Below the pieces are notes generated by a model. The model was given only the letters and a program-made list of their open reading frames with translations, searched no databases and was not told the origin of the DNA. The position numbers and the translations under genes were made by a program. From a virus, in the IMG/VR virus record IMGVR_UViG_3300002098_000007, positions 1 to 55,215 of that record: a DNA stretch of 55,215 nt. One strand, written 5' to 3'. Below are positions 8,490 to 17,720 of the stretch, one piece after another. Numbering within the stretch: the first letter of the stretch is position 1; the number at the start of each line of letters is the position of its first letter.

Positions 8490-8843
8490 ATGGTTGAAGA
8501 CAAGCGTAAGCGTGGCGATGGGTGGATAGGCGTAGACCTAGACGGCACGCTCGCGCACTGGGACGGGTTTAAAGGCGAGGACCACGTCGGTAAGCCCGTT
8601 GAACCTATGGTCAAGCGCGTGCGCCAGTGGTTGCGCGAGGGGCGAGATGTTCGCCTGTTTACGGCTCGAAAGCCCCACCCCGCTATTCGTCGTTGGATGG
8701 TGGAGCACCTGGGCGAACAGCTGCCAATCACCAACGTCAAAGACCGACACATGCAGGCGTTTTATGACGACCGCGCCGTGCAAGTAACCCGCAACACGGG
8801 CGAGACCCGTGACACCGATGAAGCTCAAGCCTGGAGTAAATGA
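8490..8843 (+). CDS. Small HAD-superfamily-like phosphatase
   Basis: 117 aa with HAD motif I GVDLDGTLA, followed by FTAR and a YDDR segment. Confidence 0.5.
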   Translation: MVEDKRKRGDGWIGVDLDGTLAHWDGFKGEDHVGKPVEPMVKRVRQWLREGRDVRLFTARKPHPAIRRWMVEHLGEQLPITNVKDRHMQAFYDDRAVQVTRNTGETRDTDEAQAWSK

Positions 8844-11077
8844 TGCCCGCAATGCGCCCCGATCCCCGCAATCATTCGCCGTCGGCGCAGACCGGAGGTA
8901 CGGACTCGGGACTGCCGTCCGCGGAGTCGGATTGGTTGGAGCGCGCGCGTAGCGCGTTTTATTCTTCCACCACGTACGTCGACTCGAACCTGCGCAAGGG
9001 GTGGGACGACTCAATCCGCGCCTTCAACAACCAACACCCCTCCGACAGCAAGTACAACCAGCCCGCTTTTGACAAGCGCAGCAAAGTCTACCGCCCCAAA
9101 CTACGCACGGTAATTCGTAAGAACGAAGCCGCTGCAGCCGCGGCCTTCTTCAGCAACATGGACGTGGTGAGCGTAGACGCGAATGACGCCAGTGACAAGG
9201 CCGAGGTGGCCAGCGCGGACATCATGAAGCAGCTGCTGCAGTACCGCCTGACTAAAACCATCCCCTGGTTCCAGACCGTGCTCGGCGGCCTGCAAGATGC
9301 CCAAAACACTGGCGTCGCTTGCGCCCACATTTACTGGAAGTACGAGGAAGAAAAGCCCGAGGAAGAAGCCAAGGACTTGATGCGGAGCTTCTTTGACGCC
9401 GCCAAGGGCGAGTCCGCCCACCCCGCCCAGGCCGTTGAGCGGGGTGACGAACAGCTAGAAGATAATTCTGAGTATCCCGACCAGAACCCCGCGGGCATGC
9501 CTCGTGGTGCCTTGGTGGCTACCGAGGAAGGCGGACTTGAGGCGCCCTCAGCGGTGCAGGTTGATGCGCTGCTCGTGAGCAACGCCGAGCCCAAGGTTAA
9601 GGTAGACAAACCCTGCATTGACCTAATCCCCGTGGAGAACATCCGTATTGACCCGGGCGCGAGCTGGATAGACCCAATTGGAACCTCGCCCTACGTAATT
9701 CACCTCATGCCGATGTACGTGCAGGACGTTAAAGACCGGATGGAGAGCGGGGAGTGGCGTCAACTGGCGGACTCGGTTATTTCCTCGGCCACCGAAGTCA
9801 AGACCGACTCAACGCGTATAGCGCGACAAAAAGATCGTGATGACCCCTACTCTGCCGATGTGCGTAGCGTTGACGACTACGAGGTAGTCTGGGTTCAGCG
9901 CCACATTCACCGCCGTGACGATCAAGAGTGGGAGTTCTACACCATGGGTGACGTGGCGTTGCTCACCACCCCCAACCCTTTAAAAGAGACCGTATTCCAC
10001 GGCCAGCGACCTTACGTCATGGGGGTGTGTAACCTAGAGGCGCACAAGTTGTTCCCCTCGTCAATACCGGCGCTGGGGCGCGGGTTGGCGGATGAGACTA
10101 ACGAGATTGCCAACCAGCGCATTGACAACATTAAGTTCGTGCTCAACAAGAAGTACTTTGTCAAGCGCGGCAAAGAGGCCGACATCGCGGGTCTAGTTCG
10201 CAACGTGCCCGGTGGGGTGGTGATGCTTGACGACCCACAAACGGACGTCAAGGAGCTGACCTGGCAGGACGTCACTGCCAGCAGCTTTCAAGAGGCCCAG
10301 GGCATCGGCATGGAGTTGGACGAGTTGCTGGGGAACTTTAACCCGGCGAACTTGATGGCCCAGGGCGGTATGAACTCACCCGCGCGCAATATGGCTATGG
10401 TCAGCAACTCGCAGGGTACCCTGGTAGAGTACATGCTGCGTACGTACGTGGAGACCTTTGTTCAGCCTATTTTGCGCCAGCTGGTTAAGTTGGAGCAAGA
10501 GTACGAGACCGACAAAGTGGTGATGAAAATTGCCGCCAAGCGCGCGCAGTTGTTTCAAAAGTACGGTATTGACGAGGTCACGGATGACCTGCTCAACCGG
10601 GAGCTCACCCTGACGGTTAACGTGGGTATGGGCGCCACCGACCCGATGATGCGCTTGAACAAGTTCCTCACGGCGATGAACACCTACACGGCGATGCTAA
10701 AGCAACCCACCCCGGGTATTGACATGAAGGAAGTGGGGCGGGAGATCTTCGGTCACCTAGGTTACGCCGACGGCAGCCGGTTCTTCAGCTCAGAGGACCC
10801 ACAGATCCAGGCGTTGCAGCAGCAACTGCAGCAGGCCCAAGGCGTCATTACACAGCTGCAGCAGAAGGTACAGGAGAAGAAAGAGGCGAACCAGGTCAAA
10901 CTTCAGACCGCACAGATGTCCAACCAGACTAAGGTACAGACCACCGCCATTCACGAGCAAGCGAGCAACCAGCGCGCCCTCGCTACGCATTGGCGTGCGC
11001 TGCACGAGCACCAACTGACCACGGCGCAGAACATCGCCTCCGCGCGGCTCATGCCCCAGCAAGGGAAGACTAAATGA
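8840..11077 (+). CDS. Portal protein with a long Gln-rich C-terminal coiled coil (P22-type barrel-like)
   Basis: 745 aa, placed after terminase and before scaffold/capsid. The C-terminus reads QIQALQQQLQQAQGVITQLQQKVQEKKE. Confidence 0.8.
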   Translation: MMPAMRPDPRNHSPSAQTGGTDSGLPSAESDWLERARSAFYSSTTYVDSNLRKGWDDSIRAFNNQHPSDSKYNQPAFDKRSKVYRPKLRTVIRKNEAAAAAAFFSNMDVVSVDANDASDKAEVASADIMKQLLQYRLTKTIPWFQTVLGGLQDAQNTGVACAHIYWKYEEEKPEEEAKDLMRSFFDAAKGESAHPAQAVERGDEQLEDNSEYPDQNPAGMPRGALVATEEGGLEAPSAVQVDALLVSNAEPKVKVDKPCIDLIPVENIRIDPGASWIDPIGTSPYVIHLMPMYVQDVKDRMESGEWRQLADSVISSATEVKTDSTRIARQKDRDDPYSADVRSVDDYEVVWVQRHIHRRDDQEWEFYTMGDVALLTTPNPLKETVFHGQRPYVMGVCNLEAHKLFPSSIPALGRGLADETNEIANQRIDNIKFVLNKKYFVKRGKEADIAGLVRNVPGGVVMLDDPQTDVKELTWQDVTASSFQEAQGIGMELDELLGNFNPANLMAQGGMNSPARNMAMVSNSQGTLVEYMLRTYVETFVQPILRQLVKLEQEYETDKVVMKIAAKRAQLFQKYGIDEVTDDLLNRELTLTVNVGMGATDPMMRLNKFLTAMNTYTAMLKQPTPGIDMKEVGREIFGHLGYADGSRFFSSEDPQIQALQQQLQQAQGVITQLQQKVQEKKEANQVKLQTAQMSNQTKVQTTAIHEQASNQRALATHWRALHEHQLTTAQNIASARLMPQQGKTK

Positions 11078-11370
11078 ACGACATAGTAAAGCAGGCCGAG
11101 GTGTTGGTTGATACGGCGGTGTTGGGTAAGTTGACGCTGGACTTCCTGCAGAGCGACGTCGGCCGTTACCTCAACAAGTGCATCGACGACGAGTACGCCG
11201 AGGGCCTTGAGCGGTTGAAGCTCGTCGACGCAAACAACGCCGACGCCGTACGCACTGCACAGAATCAAGTCTGGCGCGCGGAGGAGCTCCGCCGCTGGTT
11301 GCAGACCGCCATTCACGCCGGTGTGCGCGCTACTCAGGTGCTTGAGAGCCGTGAAGACGAAGATAACTAA
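11074..11370 (+). CDS. Hypothetical head-module protein
   Basis: 98 aa, with ATGA overlap onto the portal stop. Confidence 0.55.
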   Translation: MNDIVKQAEVLVDTAVLGKLTLDFLQSDVGRYLNKCIDDEYAEGLERLKLVDANNADAVRTAQNQVWRAEELRRWLQTAIHAGVRATQVLESREDEDN

Positions 11371-11410
11371 AATTTCCCCACCAACCCCGCCTTGAATAAG
11401 GAAGAGAGCA

Positions 11411-12466
11411 ATGTTAATTAAGAAACTGGTAGCACAACTTTACCGCAACGCTGACGCAGGCGAAGACTCCGGGGGCGGAATGTCCGTCGCCGAGGACGGT
11501 AGCACGATTGGCACTAACAATGACGCGCGCTTAGCGTTCATGAATCAGATTAACGACGCCAACGACGGCCTCCGCGCTGAGGAGATGGCCGAAATCAACG
11601 ACGACGGCACCACCTCGGAGTTCAAAGTCGACCCCGAAACACAAAAAGAATTTGACCGTTTTAACGCCGAGGCGAACGGCGACGTTGAGGATGAAACTCC
11701 TAAATCCACACCCGATTTGGTCAAGCATAAGCTCAAGGTCAATGGAAAAGAGCTAGAATTGTCAACAGACGAGTTAATTGCTCGTGCGCAGAAAATTGAG
11801 GCCGCTGATCAGTACATCACCGAGGCCGCGCGCATCAAGCGCGAAGCCGAAGCGTATGCCGCTCAGCAGCATCAACAGAACACTCAGCAGCGTGTAGTTA
11901 CTCCCCCGGAGCCTACTCAGGCCGAGCTCCTTGAGGAAAGGAGAGCGCTAGTCCGCGCTATACAAATGGGCACCGAGGATGAGGCAATGGCCGCTCTCGA
12001 AAGACTGCAAGCACCGGTGCAGAAAGGGCTAAACCCCGACGACCTGGCGCGTACAGTGGACGAGCGATTGACCTTTAAAGATGCTGTGCATCGGTTTGAG
12101 ACCGAGTTCAATGACATCACTGGCGACCCGATGTTGCTGCAGTTGGCTTTGCAAAAAGACCAACAGCTGCTCGCCCGGGGCGACAAGCGAGGTTATTGGG
12201 ATCGGTACGCAGAGATCGGCAATGAGTTGCGGAGCTGGAAACAGTCTTTCGCGCCTCAGGTTGATCCCGCCGAAGCGGCCCGAAAAGCCGCCGAAGCCGC
12301 CGCTGCCAGCAAGGCACAGCGTAAAGCTGCAGCACCTAAGACCCCTAACGCTGCCGGGAGTAAAGCCCCCGCGTCGCGTCAGGATGATGAGGGTGATGAG
12401 TCCGTCGGCGATGTGATTGCGTCAATCGCAAAAGCGCGCGGCGGCCCGCAGTGGATGCGCTCTTGA
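11411..12466 (+). CDS. Scaffolding protein
   Basis: 351 aa, acidic and coiled-coil rich with an Ala/Lys-rich C-terminus. It lies immediately upstream of the major capsid gene. Confidence 0.65.
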   Translation: MLIKKLVAQLYRNADAGEDSGGGMSVAEDGSTIGTNNDARLAFMNQINDANDGLRAEEMAEINDDGTTSEFKVDPETQKEFDRFNAEANGDVEDETPKSTPDLVKHKLKVNGKELELSTDELIARAQKIEAADQYITEAARIKREAEAYAAQQHQQNTQQRVVTPPEPTQAELLEERRALVRAIQMGTEDEAMAALERLQAPVQKGLNPDDLARTVDERLTFKDAVHRFETEFNDITGDPMLLQLALQKDQQLLARGDKRGYWDRYAEIGNELRSWKQSFAPQVDPAEAARKAAEAAAASKAQRKAAAPKTPNAAGSKAPASRQDDEGDESVGDVIASIAKARGGPQWMRS

Positions 12467-12514
12467 GTTTGTTGAATTTTTTGTTTTTAAACTTTTCTCA
12501 TTAGGAGTATCGAA

Positions 12515-13486
12515 ATGGCAGGACAAGTCTGGGCCGTAAACTCGCTGGGTGGCTACATGTATAGCCGTCAGCTGTCAAACGTGTTGCGCATGGCCGTGCA
12601 ACCATTGGTAAAGTTCCGTCAGTTTGCTGACGTGCGCGATGCCAGCCAACAGGGTAAAAAGAAGGGTGATATTTTCACTTGGGACGTGTTCTCTGATGTC
12701 GCCACCGCGGGTGGTGCGTTGGTTGAGACTAACACTATGCCTGAGACCAACTTCACAATCGTGCAGGGTACCCTGACGATTACCGAAGCCGGTAACAGCG
12801 TTCCCTACTCGGGTAAGCTGGACAACTTGTCCAAGTTTCCCGTGATGGAGCTCATCCAGAAAGTCTTGAAGAACGACGCCGTCAAGACCTTTGACCGTTT
12901 TGCCTGGAACCAGTTCAACCAGACCGTATTGCGCGCTATCCCCACCGGTGGTACTGACACTGCTGCGGTTACGTTGTACACCAACGGCACCGTGACTGGC
13001 ACAAACAACGTGGCCTTTAACAACGCCCACGCCAAGTCGGTCGTTGACCAGATGAAGGAACGTAACATTCCTGCGTACCTGGGTGATGACTACTACGCGC
13101 TGGCCTGGCCAACTACGTTGCGTTCGTTCAAGAACAACCTTGAGACCATCCACCAGTACTCGGACACTGGTTTCAAGTTGATCATGAACGGCGAAATTGG
13201 TCGTTACGAGAACGTCCGCTACGTCGAGCAAACCAACATCGCCAAGGGTACCGGCACCGACGGTATCACCCAAACGCCTTGGACTAACGGTAAGTCTGAC
13301 TGGATTTACTTCTTCGGCAACGACACCGTGGCTGAGGCCATCGCTGTGCCCGAGGAAATGCGCGGTAAGATTCCGTCTGACTACGGTCGTAGCAAAGGCG
13401 TGGCCTGGTACTACCTGGGCGGCTTTGGTATCGTTCATACTCTTGCTTCCAATGCTCGCATTGTCAAGTGGGACTCACAGGCTTAA
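12515..13486 (+). CDS. Major capsid protein (HK97-fold type)
   Basis: 323 aa with a strong AGGAG RBS. Its position after the scaffold and a composition typical of coat proteins support the call. Confidence 0.8.
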   Translation: MAGQVWAVNSLGGYMYSRQLSNVLRMAVQPLVKFRQFADVRDASQQGKKKGDIFTWDVFSDVATAGGALVETNTMPETNFTIVQGTLTITEAGNSVPYSGKLDNLSKFPVMELIQKVLKNDAVKTFDRFAWNQFNQTVLRAIPTGGTDTAAVTLYTNGTVTGTNNVAFNNAHAKSVVDQMKERNIPAYLGDDYYALAWPTTLRSFKNNLETIHQYSDTGFKLIMNGEIGRYENVRYVEQTNIAKGTGTDGITQTPWTNGKSDWIYFFGNDTVAEAIAVPEEMRGKIPSDYGRSKGVAWYYLGGFGIVHTLASNARIVKWDSQA

Positions 13487-13513
13487 CACTCAAATCGATA
13501 GGAGTAAAAAATC

Positions 13514-13921
13514 ATGGCTACTAAAAACATGGCTTACGACCACCCCGCCTACTTGGCGCGCGTGGGCGCGGCGATGGGCGAAGCCGGGGGCGCCGCCACC
13601 ACTCAGTACGCTAAATTTGCCGCGTTCACCGCGATGCAAGCCTTTAGCGCACAGCTCACCGTCACCACCGCCGGAACGGCTACCGCGCACGGCTTTCAGG
13701 TCGTCAAGATTAGCGGCACCGCGACCACCGCGCTCGGCACCGCCACGCTGGGCACCAGCGCTGCGGGCACGACGCAGAACTTGTTGCTGACCAACGTCAG
13801 CGGCGGGGTTGCGTTGGCGCAGGGCGACATCTTGGCTGCGATCTCGCTCGCGGACGTGGTGGGTAAAGCCGCCATCGCCTACGAGCACGCCGCGCAGCCT
13901 TTGGCTAACGTCACCGCCTAA
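13514..13921 (+). CDS. Ala/Thr-rich head protein (possible decoration protein)
   Basis: 135 aa, directly downstream of the capsid gene with an AGGAG RBS. Confidence 0.5.
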   Translation: MATKNMAYDHPAYLARVGAAMGEAGGAATTQYAKFAAFTAMQAFSAQLTVTTAGTATAHGFQVVKISGTATTALGTATLGTSAAGTTQNLLLTNVSGGVALAQGDILAAISLADVVGKAAIAYEHAAQPLANVTA

Positions 13922-13933
13922 AGGAGAACTAAC

Positions 13934-14356
13934 ATGGCTGGAAACACAACCACCAAGAAGACCTTCAACAGCATTCGCGAAGACGCTGTTGAAAAAGCCC
14001 GTCCCTCCAAGGGCGTCAACTACAGCAATCGCCCTGGCGTCTACGACGGCCAGCTCAGCGGCATGCGCGAGAAATTTGCCGACCCCATGAACATGGGCGC
14101 GCCGGCAAAAATTGGCGGCGGCATTGCCGGCCTGCACAACGACATTGGCGAAATGTCGGGCTTCGTGACCGATGGTTACCTTGACAAAGGCAACACCCCT
14201 TACGGTGAGAACGCCAAGTTCAACTTCATGCCTCCGGGTATGGACATCGGTAACCAGGAGATGGCCGAGATCCACGACATGCCACTGCGCAAACTCGTGG
14301 CCGAGTCTTACCCCGGCGATGGCTGGATGCCCACCCCCCGTGACATCACGGAGTAA
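13934..14356 (+). CDS. Hypothetical virion-module protein, PPGMDI-motif paralogue A
   Basis: 140 aa. It contains KFNFMPPGMDIGNQ...MPL, a motif shared with the next gene. Confidence 0.6.
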   Translation: MAGNTTTKKTFNSIREDAVEKARPSKGVNYSNRPGVYDGQLSGMREKFADPMNMGAPAKIGGGIAGLHNDIGEMSGFVTDGYLDKGNTPYGENAKFNFMPPGMDIGNQEMAEIHDMPLRKLVAESYPGDGWMPTPRDITE

Positions 14357-14384
14357 TTGAACTGCAGTAGTGCAGTTGCCAGTT

Positions 14385-14422
14385 GAGCACAGGTGCCGTA
14401 AAAAAGCCCTGTGCTCTTTTTT
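14385..14422 (+). terminator. Rho-independent terminator
   Basis: A 9-bp stem gagcacagg / cctgtgctc (14385-14393 / 14408-14416) is followed by TTTTTT (14417-14422). A 7-bp hairpin aactgca-gtag-tgcagtt (14360-14377) precedes it. Confidence 0.7.
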
Positions 14423-14437
14423 AATTGGAGAACCAAA

Positions 14438-14851
14438 ATGTCTTTACAAGAGAAATTCCAGATCACCGTACCCCCAACCAAACCCGAGGAGGAGTCTTGG
14501 GTGGGGTTTGGGCAGGTGCGTAACGTGGGCGAGGCGGGCTTCCTGCATCAAAACAACAGCGAGGCCACCGGCCCCCTGGGGCCCAAGTTCAACACTGCCC
14601 CTCCGGGTATGGATATCAGCAACCAGTTGCGTAGTCGAATCCTGCAAATGCCTTTGACCATGGCCGGTGAAACCGACGTCAGCAAGGACACCAACGAACA
14701 GGCTTTTGCGCGAGGCTTTACCCGTCGCGACATGAAGGGCACCGACGACCAATACACCGGCGAACACATGGATCACTTCTACGGCGAGGTGGTTAATGAG
14801 TACGGCGAGGTGGGTTTTATTGAGCGCAACAACTACCTCGACAGGGAGTAA
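14438..14851 (+). CDS. Hypothetical virion-module protein, PPGMDI-motif paralogue B
   Basis: ATG 14438 follows GGAGA (the ORF-track start at 14411 lies inside the terminator). It contains KFNTAPPGMDISNQ...MPL. Confidence 0.6.
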   Translation: MSLQEKFQITVPPTKPEEESWVGFGQVRNVGEAGFLHQNNSEATGPLGPKFNTAPPGMDISNQLRSRILQMPLTMAGETDVSKDTNEQAFARGFTRRDMKGTDDQYTGEHMDHFYGEVVNEYGEVGFIERNNYLDRE

Positions 14852-14856
14852 CTGAA

Positions 14857-15396
14857 ATGGGACAACCCGTAGCCGCGTTCTTACAGAACGTCAACACTGA
14901 GAGTTCAAAGGCCACCTACTCGGCGGTTATTCAGGACTTTGCACCCGCCGCCAACGCCACCGACATTGTCACCTTGACCGGTGCTGCGGGTAAAACCGTA
15001 ACACTAACCAACGTGCGGATCAGCGGCACCGCAACCGCCGCGGCTAGTCAAGATATTTATATTTTTAAAAGAAGCGCGGTAAACACCGGGGGAACTTCGG
15101 CGGCGGTGGTGCCCACCGTGCACGACAGCACAGACCCCGCACCCTCGGGCGCGGTGGTTAAGTACAGCGCCAACCCCTCGGCGCTAGGCGCGGGAACCCT
15201 GTTGCGGGGTGATAGGGTTTCTATTCCGGCCTTGGCCGGAGCTAACGGTACTACGCAGGTTTGGGACTTTGGTGACCGCGCGGGCAAAGCCCCCAAGCTC
15301 CAAAACGCCTCCGAGTCGATTGCTATCAACTGGGGTGGGGCGTCGGTGGCTTCGGGTACCAACCTTTACATCACGCTAGAGTGGACAGAAGAATAA
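14857..15396 (+). CDS. Hypothetical structural protein
   Basis: 179 aa, Ala/Thr/Ser-rich with a beta-rich composition. Confidence 0.55.
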   Translation: MGQPVAAFLQNVNTESSKATYSAVIQDFAPAANATDIVTLTGAAGKTVTLTNVRISGTATAAASQDIYIFKRSAVNTGGTSAAVVPTVHDSTDPAPSGAVVKYSANPSALGAGTLLRGDRVSIPALAGANGTTQVWDFGDRAGKAPKLQNASESIAINWGGASVASGTNLYITLEWTEE

Positions 15397-15501
15397 ACTT
15401 CCCTGCCCGCGCTGTGAAGCGCTAAAATTTGCTTCGCCTACGGGGGTAAAAGCCCGTGGGTGAATCATATAATCTTTTTCCACTCATAAGGAATAACTGG
15501 T

Positions 15502-15711
15502 ATGCAACTCCCTGAAAAATTCAACCTCATCCTCACCCCTCAAGAAGCCGACGCTGTCGTGCTCGCGGTGCGTCGCGCCTTTACGCTTGAGCAGGGCGAA
15601 GAGTTCCTCAACAACATTCGTATGCAGTTAAATGCGCAAGTGGCCGCGGTGAACGCTCCCCCGGCCAACACTGTACCGGTTTCTGAGCCCGAGGCCCCGG
15701 CAGCTGAATAA
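15502..15711 (+). CDS. Hypothetical protein
   Basis: 69 aa with an AAGGA RBS, after a 105-nt structured gap. Confidence 0.5.
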   Translation: MQLPEKFNLILTPQEADAVVLAVRRAFTLEQGEEFLNNIRMQLNAQVAAVNAPPANTVPVSEPEAPAAE

Positions 15712-15726
15712 ACGGGAGAACTCAAA

Positions 15727-16146
15727 ATGAAGTTCAACCCCGGCCAGCCGCACGGCACAATTGTGGGCCACGAGTGGGCCCGCTACGAGCAAAACGGCAT
15801 CCTCTACGACGGCGCGGGGTTGATCCCCGAGGCCGCCGCGGCAATAGACAAAGCCGCCGCGAAACCAGCTAAAAACGCGCCAGCGAGCAAAACAAAAACA
15901 GAAGCCAAGGCCGAGCCCAAGGCCCCCGCTCCGCAGGACGATTTGAAGCTAAAAAACGCCACCGAGTTCTTGACTAATTTGCTCTCCGGCGGGCCAATCG
16001 ACAAATCCGTTGTGTTCAAAGAGTCGGACAGCAACTGCCAAGACTGGGGCACCGTGAAGGCCGCCTTTGCGCAGATGAACGGGGTGAGCTTCAAGCGCGG
16101 GCAGTCTGAAATCTGGCGCCTGAACCCTGAGGAGGTTCAGCAATGA
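15727..16146 (+). CDS. Hypothetical protein
   Basis: 139 aa with a GGAGA RBS and a central Ala/Lys/Pro-rich linker. Confidence 0.55.
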   Translation: MKFNPGQPHGTIVGHEWARYEQNGILYDGAGLIPEAAAAIDKAAAKPAKNAPASKTKTEAKAEPKAPAPQDDLKLKNATEFLTNLLSGGPIDKSVVFKESDSNCQDWGTVKAAFAQMNGVSFKRGQSEIWRLNPEEVQQ

Positions 16147-17717
16147 CATGGGACGCAACTGAGCCGTACATGGCGGAGTCGAAAAAGATCGTCTGGGAGG
16201 TGGCCCCGTACCTACGCGGGCGGGGCTTAGACATTGGCGCGGGGGACTTCAAAGTCCTGCCTCACGTCATCAGCGTGGACAACATGCACCACTCGCAGTT
16301 CGGGTTCAGCGTCAAGCCGGACGTGATGTGCGAGGCGAGCAACTTAGATGTCTTCGGTAGCCAGTCGATGGATTTTGTTTACAGCAGCCATACGCTTGAG
16401 CACATTGCTGACTACGAGAATACGCTTAAAGAATGGTGGCGCGTCATCAAACAAAACGGCTACCTCATACTCTACCTGCCCGATGAGGACGAATACCCCA
16501 AGGTGGGCACCCCACACGCCAATCCTGATCACAAGTGGGACGTCAACTACGACAAAGTAGTTAACGCCATGAGTTGTGTCAAGGGCGGGTGGGATTTGAT
16601 TGACTTTCAGAAACGTAATGCTGACAACGAGTACAGTTTGTATTTTGTGTTTAAAAAGCAGAACTCTGACAAGTTCAAATTCAGTTACAAAAACCCTAAG
16701 CCTGAAAAAACCGCCTGCGTAGTGCGTTACGGCGCGTTCGGAGATATGATGATGGCTTCCTCAGTGTGGGCCGGGCTCAAAAAGCAGGGTTATCACGTCA
16801 CGGTGTTTTGCTCGCGCCCGGGTAGCGATGTTGTCACTAATGATCCCAACATAGACAACCTGGTGCTGTTTGACAAAGACCAAGTGCCTAATGCGAACCT
16901 GGTGGATTTCTGGGGTTATCAGGCCAACAAGTTTGACAAGTTCGTAAATTTGAGCGAGTCGGTTGAGGGTACGTTCCTGGCTATGCCCGGGCGCGCCCCG
17001 CACAAGTGGCCCGCCGCGTTACGCCACAAGCACATGAACGCCAACTACGTTCAGTTCTCACACGAGCTAGCGGGCGTGCCGCACGAGCCGCAGGTGAAGT
17101 TCTACCCCACTACGGAGGAGCTAGACTGGGCCCGTAAAACTCGCGCCAAAATGGGCGACGGGGTCATCATGTGGTCGCTGGCGGGGTCTTCTGTGCACAA
17201 AACCTGGGCCGGACTTGACAACATACTCGCCGCGGTGATGACCAATTTCCCCTCGGTGCATGTGGTATTGGTCGGTGGGCCGGAGTGCGTGATGCTGGAG
17301 GCTGGATGGGAGAACGAACCCCGCGTGCACAAGACCTCGGGCAAGTGGAGCATACGCCAGAGTCTGTCGTTCTTGTACGAGTGCGACCTGGTGATTGGCT
17401 CCGAGACCGGGGTGCTGAACGCGGCGGCCTGTCTCGACGTGCCTAAAATTACGTTGTTGTCACACTCAACACACGAGAACTTGACCCGCGACTGGAAGAA
17501 CGTGATACCGATCGCCTCGGAAAACACCACCTGCCCCGGGCGCGGCAACAACGACGCCCCCGCGTGTCATCAACTGCACTACGGCTGGGTGCACTGCAAA
17601 CAAGACCCCCACCAGGGCGTTGCGCAGTGCCAAGCCGACATCAGCGTCGACACCGTATGGCAGGCCACCTACGGCGTCATCAAAGCTGCGCTCGAGCGCA
17701 ACAGGAAGGTAGCGTAA
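16143..17717 (+). CDS. Fusion protein: class I SAM-dependent methyltransferase (N-terminal) + glycosyltransferase family 9 (heptosyltransferase-like, C-terminal)
   Basis: 524 aa. The N-terminus has GLDIGAGDF (motif I) and FVYSSHTLEHI...NGYLILYLP (Methyltransf_11-like). The C-terminus has VVRYGAFGDMMMAS...HVTVF, VLVGGPEC, SGKWSIRQSLSFLYECDLVIGSETGVLNAAA, the GT9 pattern. Its ATGA overlaps the upstream gene. Confidence 0.8.
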   Translation: MTWDATEPYMAESKKIVWEVAPYLRGRGLDIGAGDFKVLPHVISVDNMHHSQFGFSVKPDVMCEASNLDVFGSQSMDFVYSSHTLEHIADYENTLKEWWRVIKQNGYLILYLPDEDEYPKVGTPHANPDHKWDVNYDKVVNAMSCVKGGWDLIDFQKRNADNEYSLYFVFKKQNSDKFKFSYKNPKPEKTACVVRYGAFGDMMMASSVWAGLKKQGYHVTVFCSRPGSDVVTNDPNIDNLVLFDKDQVPNANLVDFWGYQANKFDKFVNLSESVEGTFLAMPGRAPHKWPAALRHKHMNANYVQFSHELAGVPHEPQVKFYPTTEELDWARKTRAKMGDGVIMWSLAGSSVHKTWAGLDNILAAVMTNFPSVHVVLVGGPECVMLEAGWENEPRVHKTSGKWSIRQSLSFLYECDLVIGSETGVLNAAACLDVPKITLLSHSTHENLTRDWKNVIPIASENTTCPGRGNNDAPACHQLHYGWVHCKQDPHQGVAQCQADISVDTVWQATYGVIKAALERNRKVA

Positions 17718-17720
17718 CTT

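Noticed and set aside
15468-15473. A perfect TATAAT in the 105-nt gap before gene 15502, considered as an internal promoter.
   Set aside because: No acceptable -35 lies at a 16-18-bp spacing (GGTAAA/GGGTAA). It is noted in context but was not annotated as a promoter.
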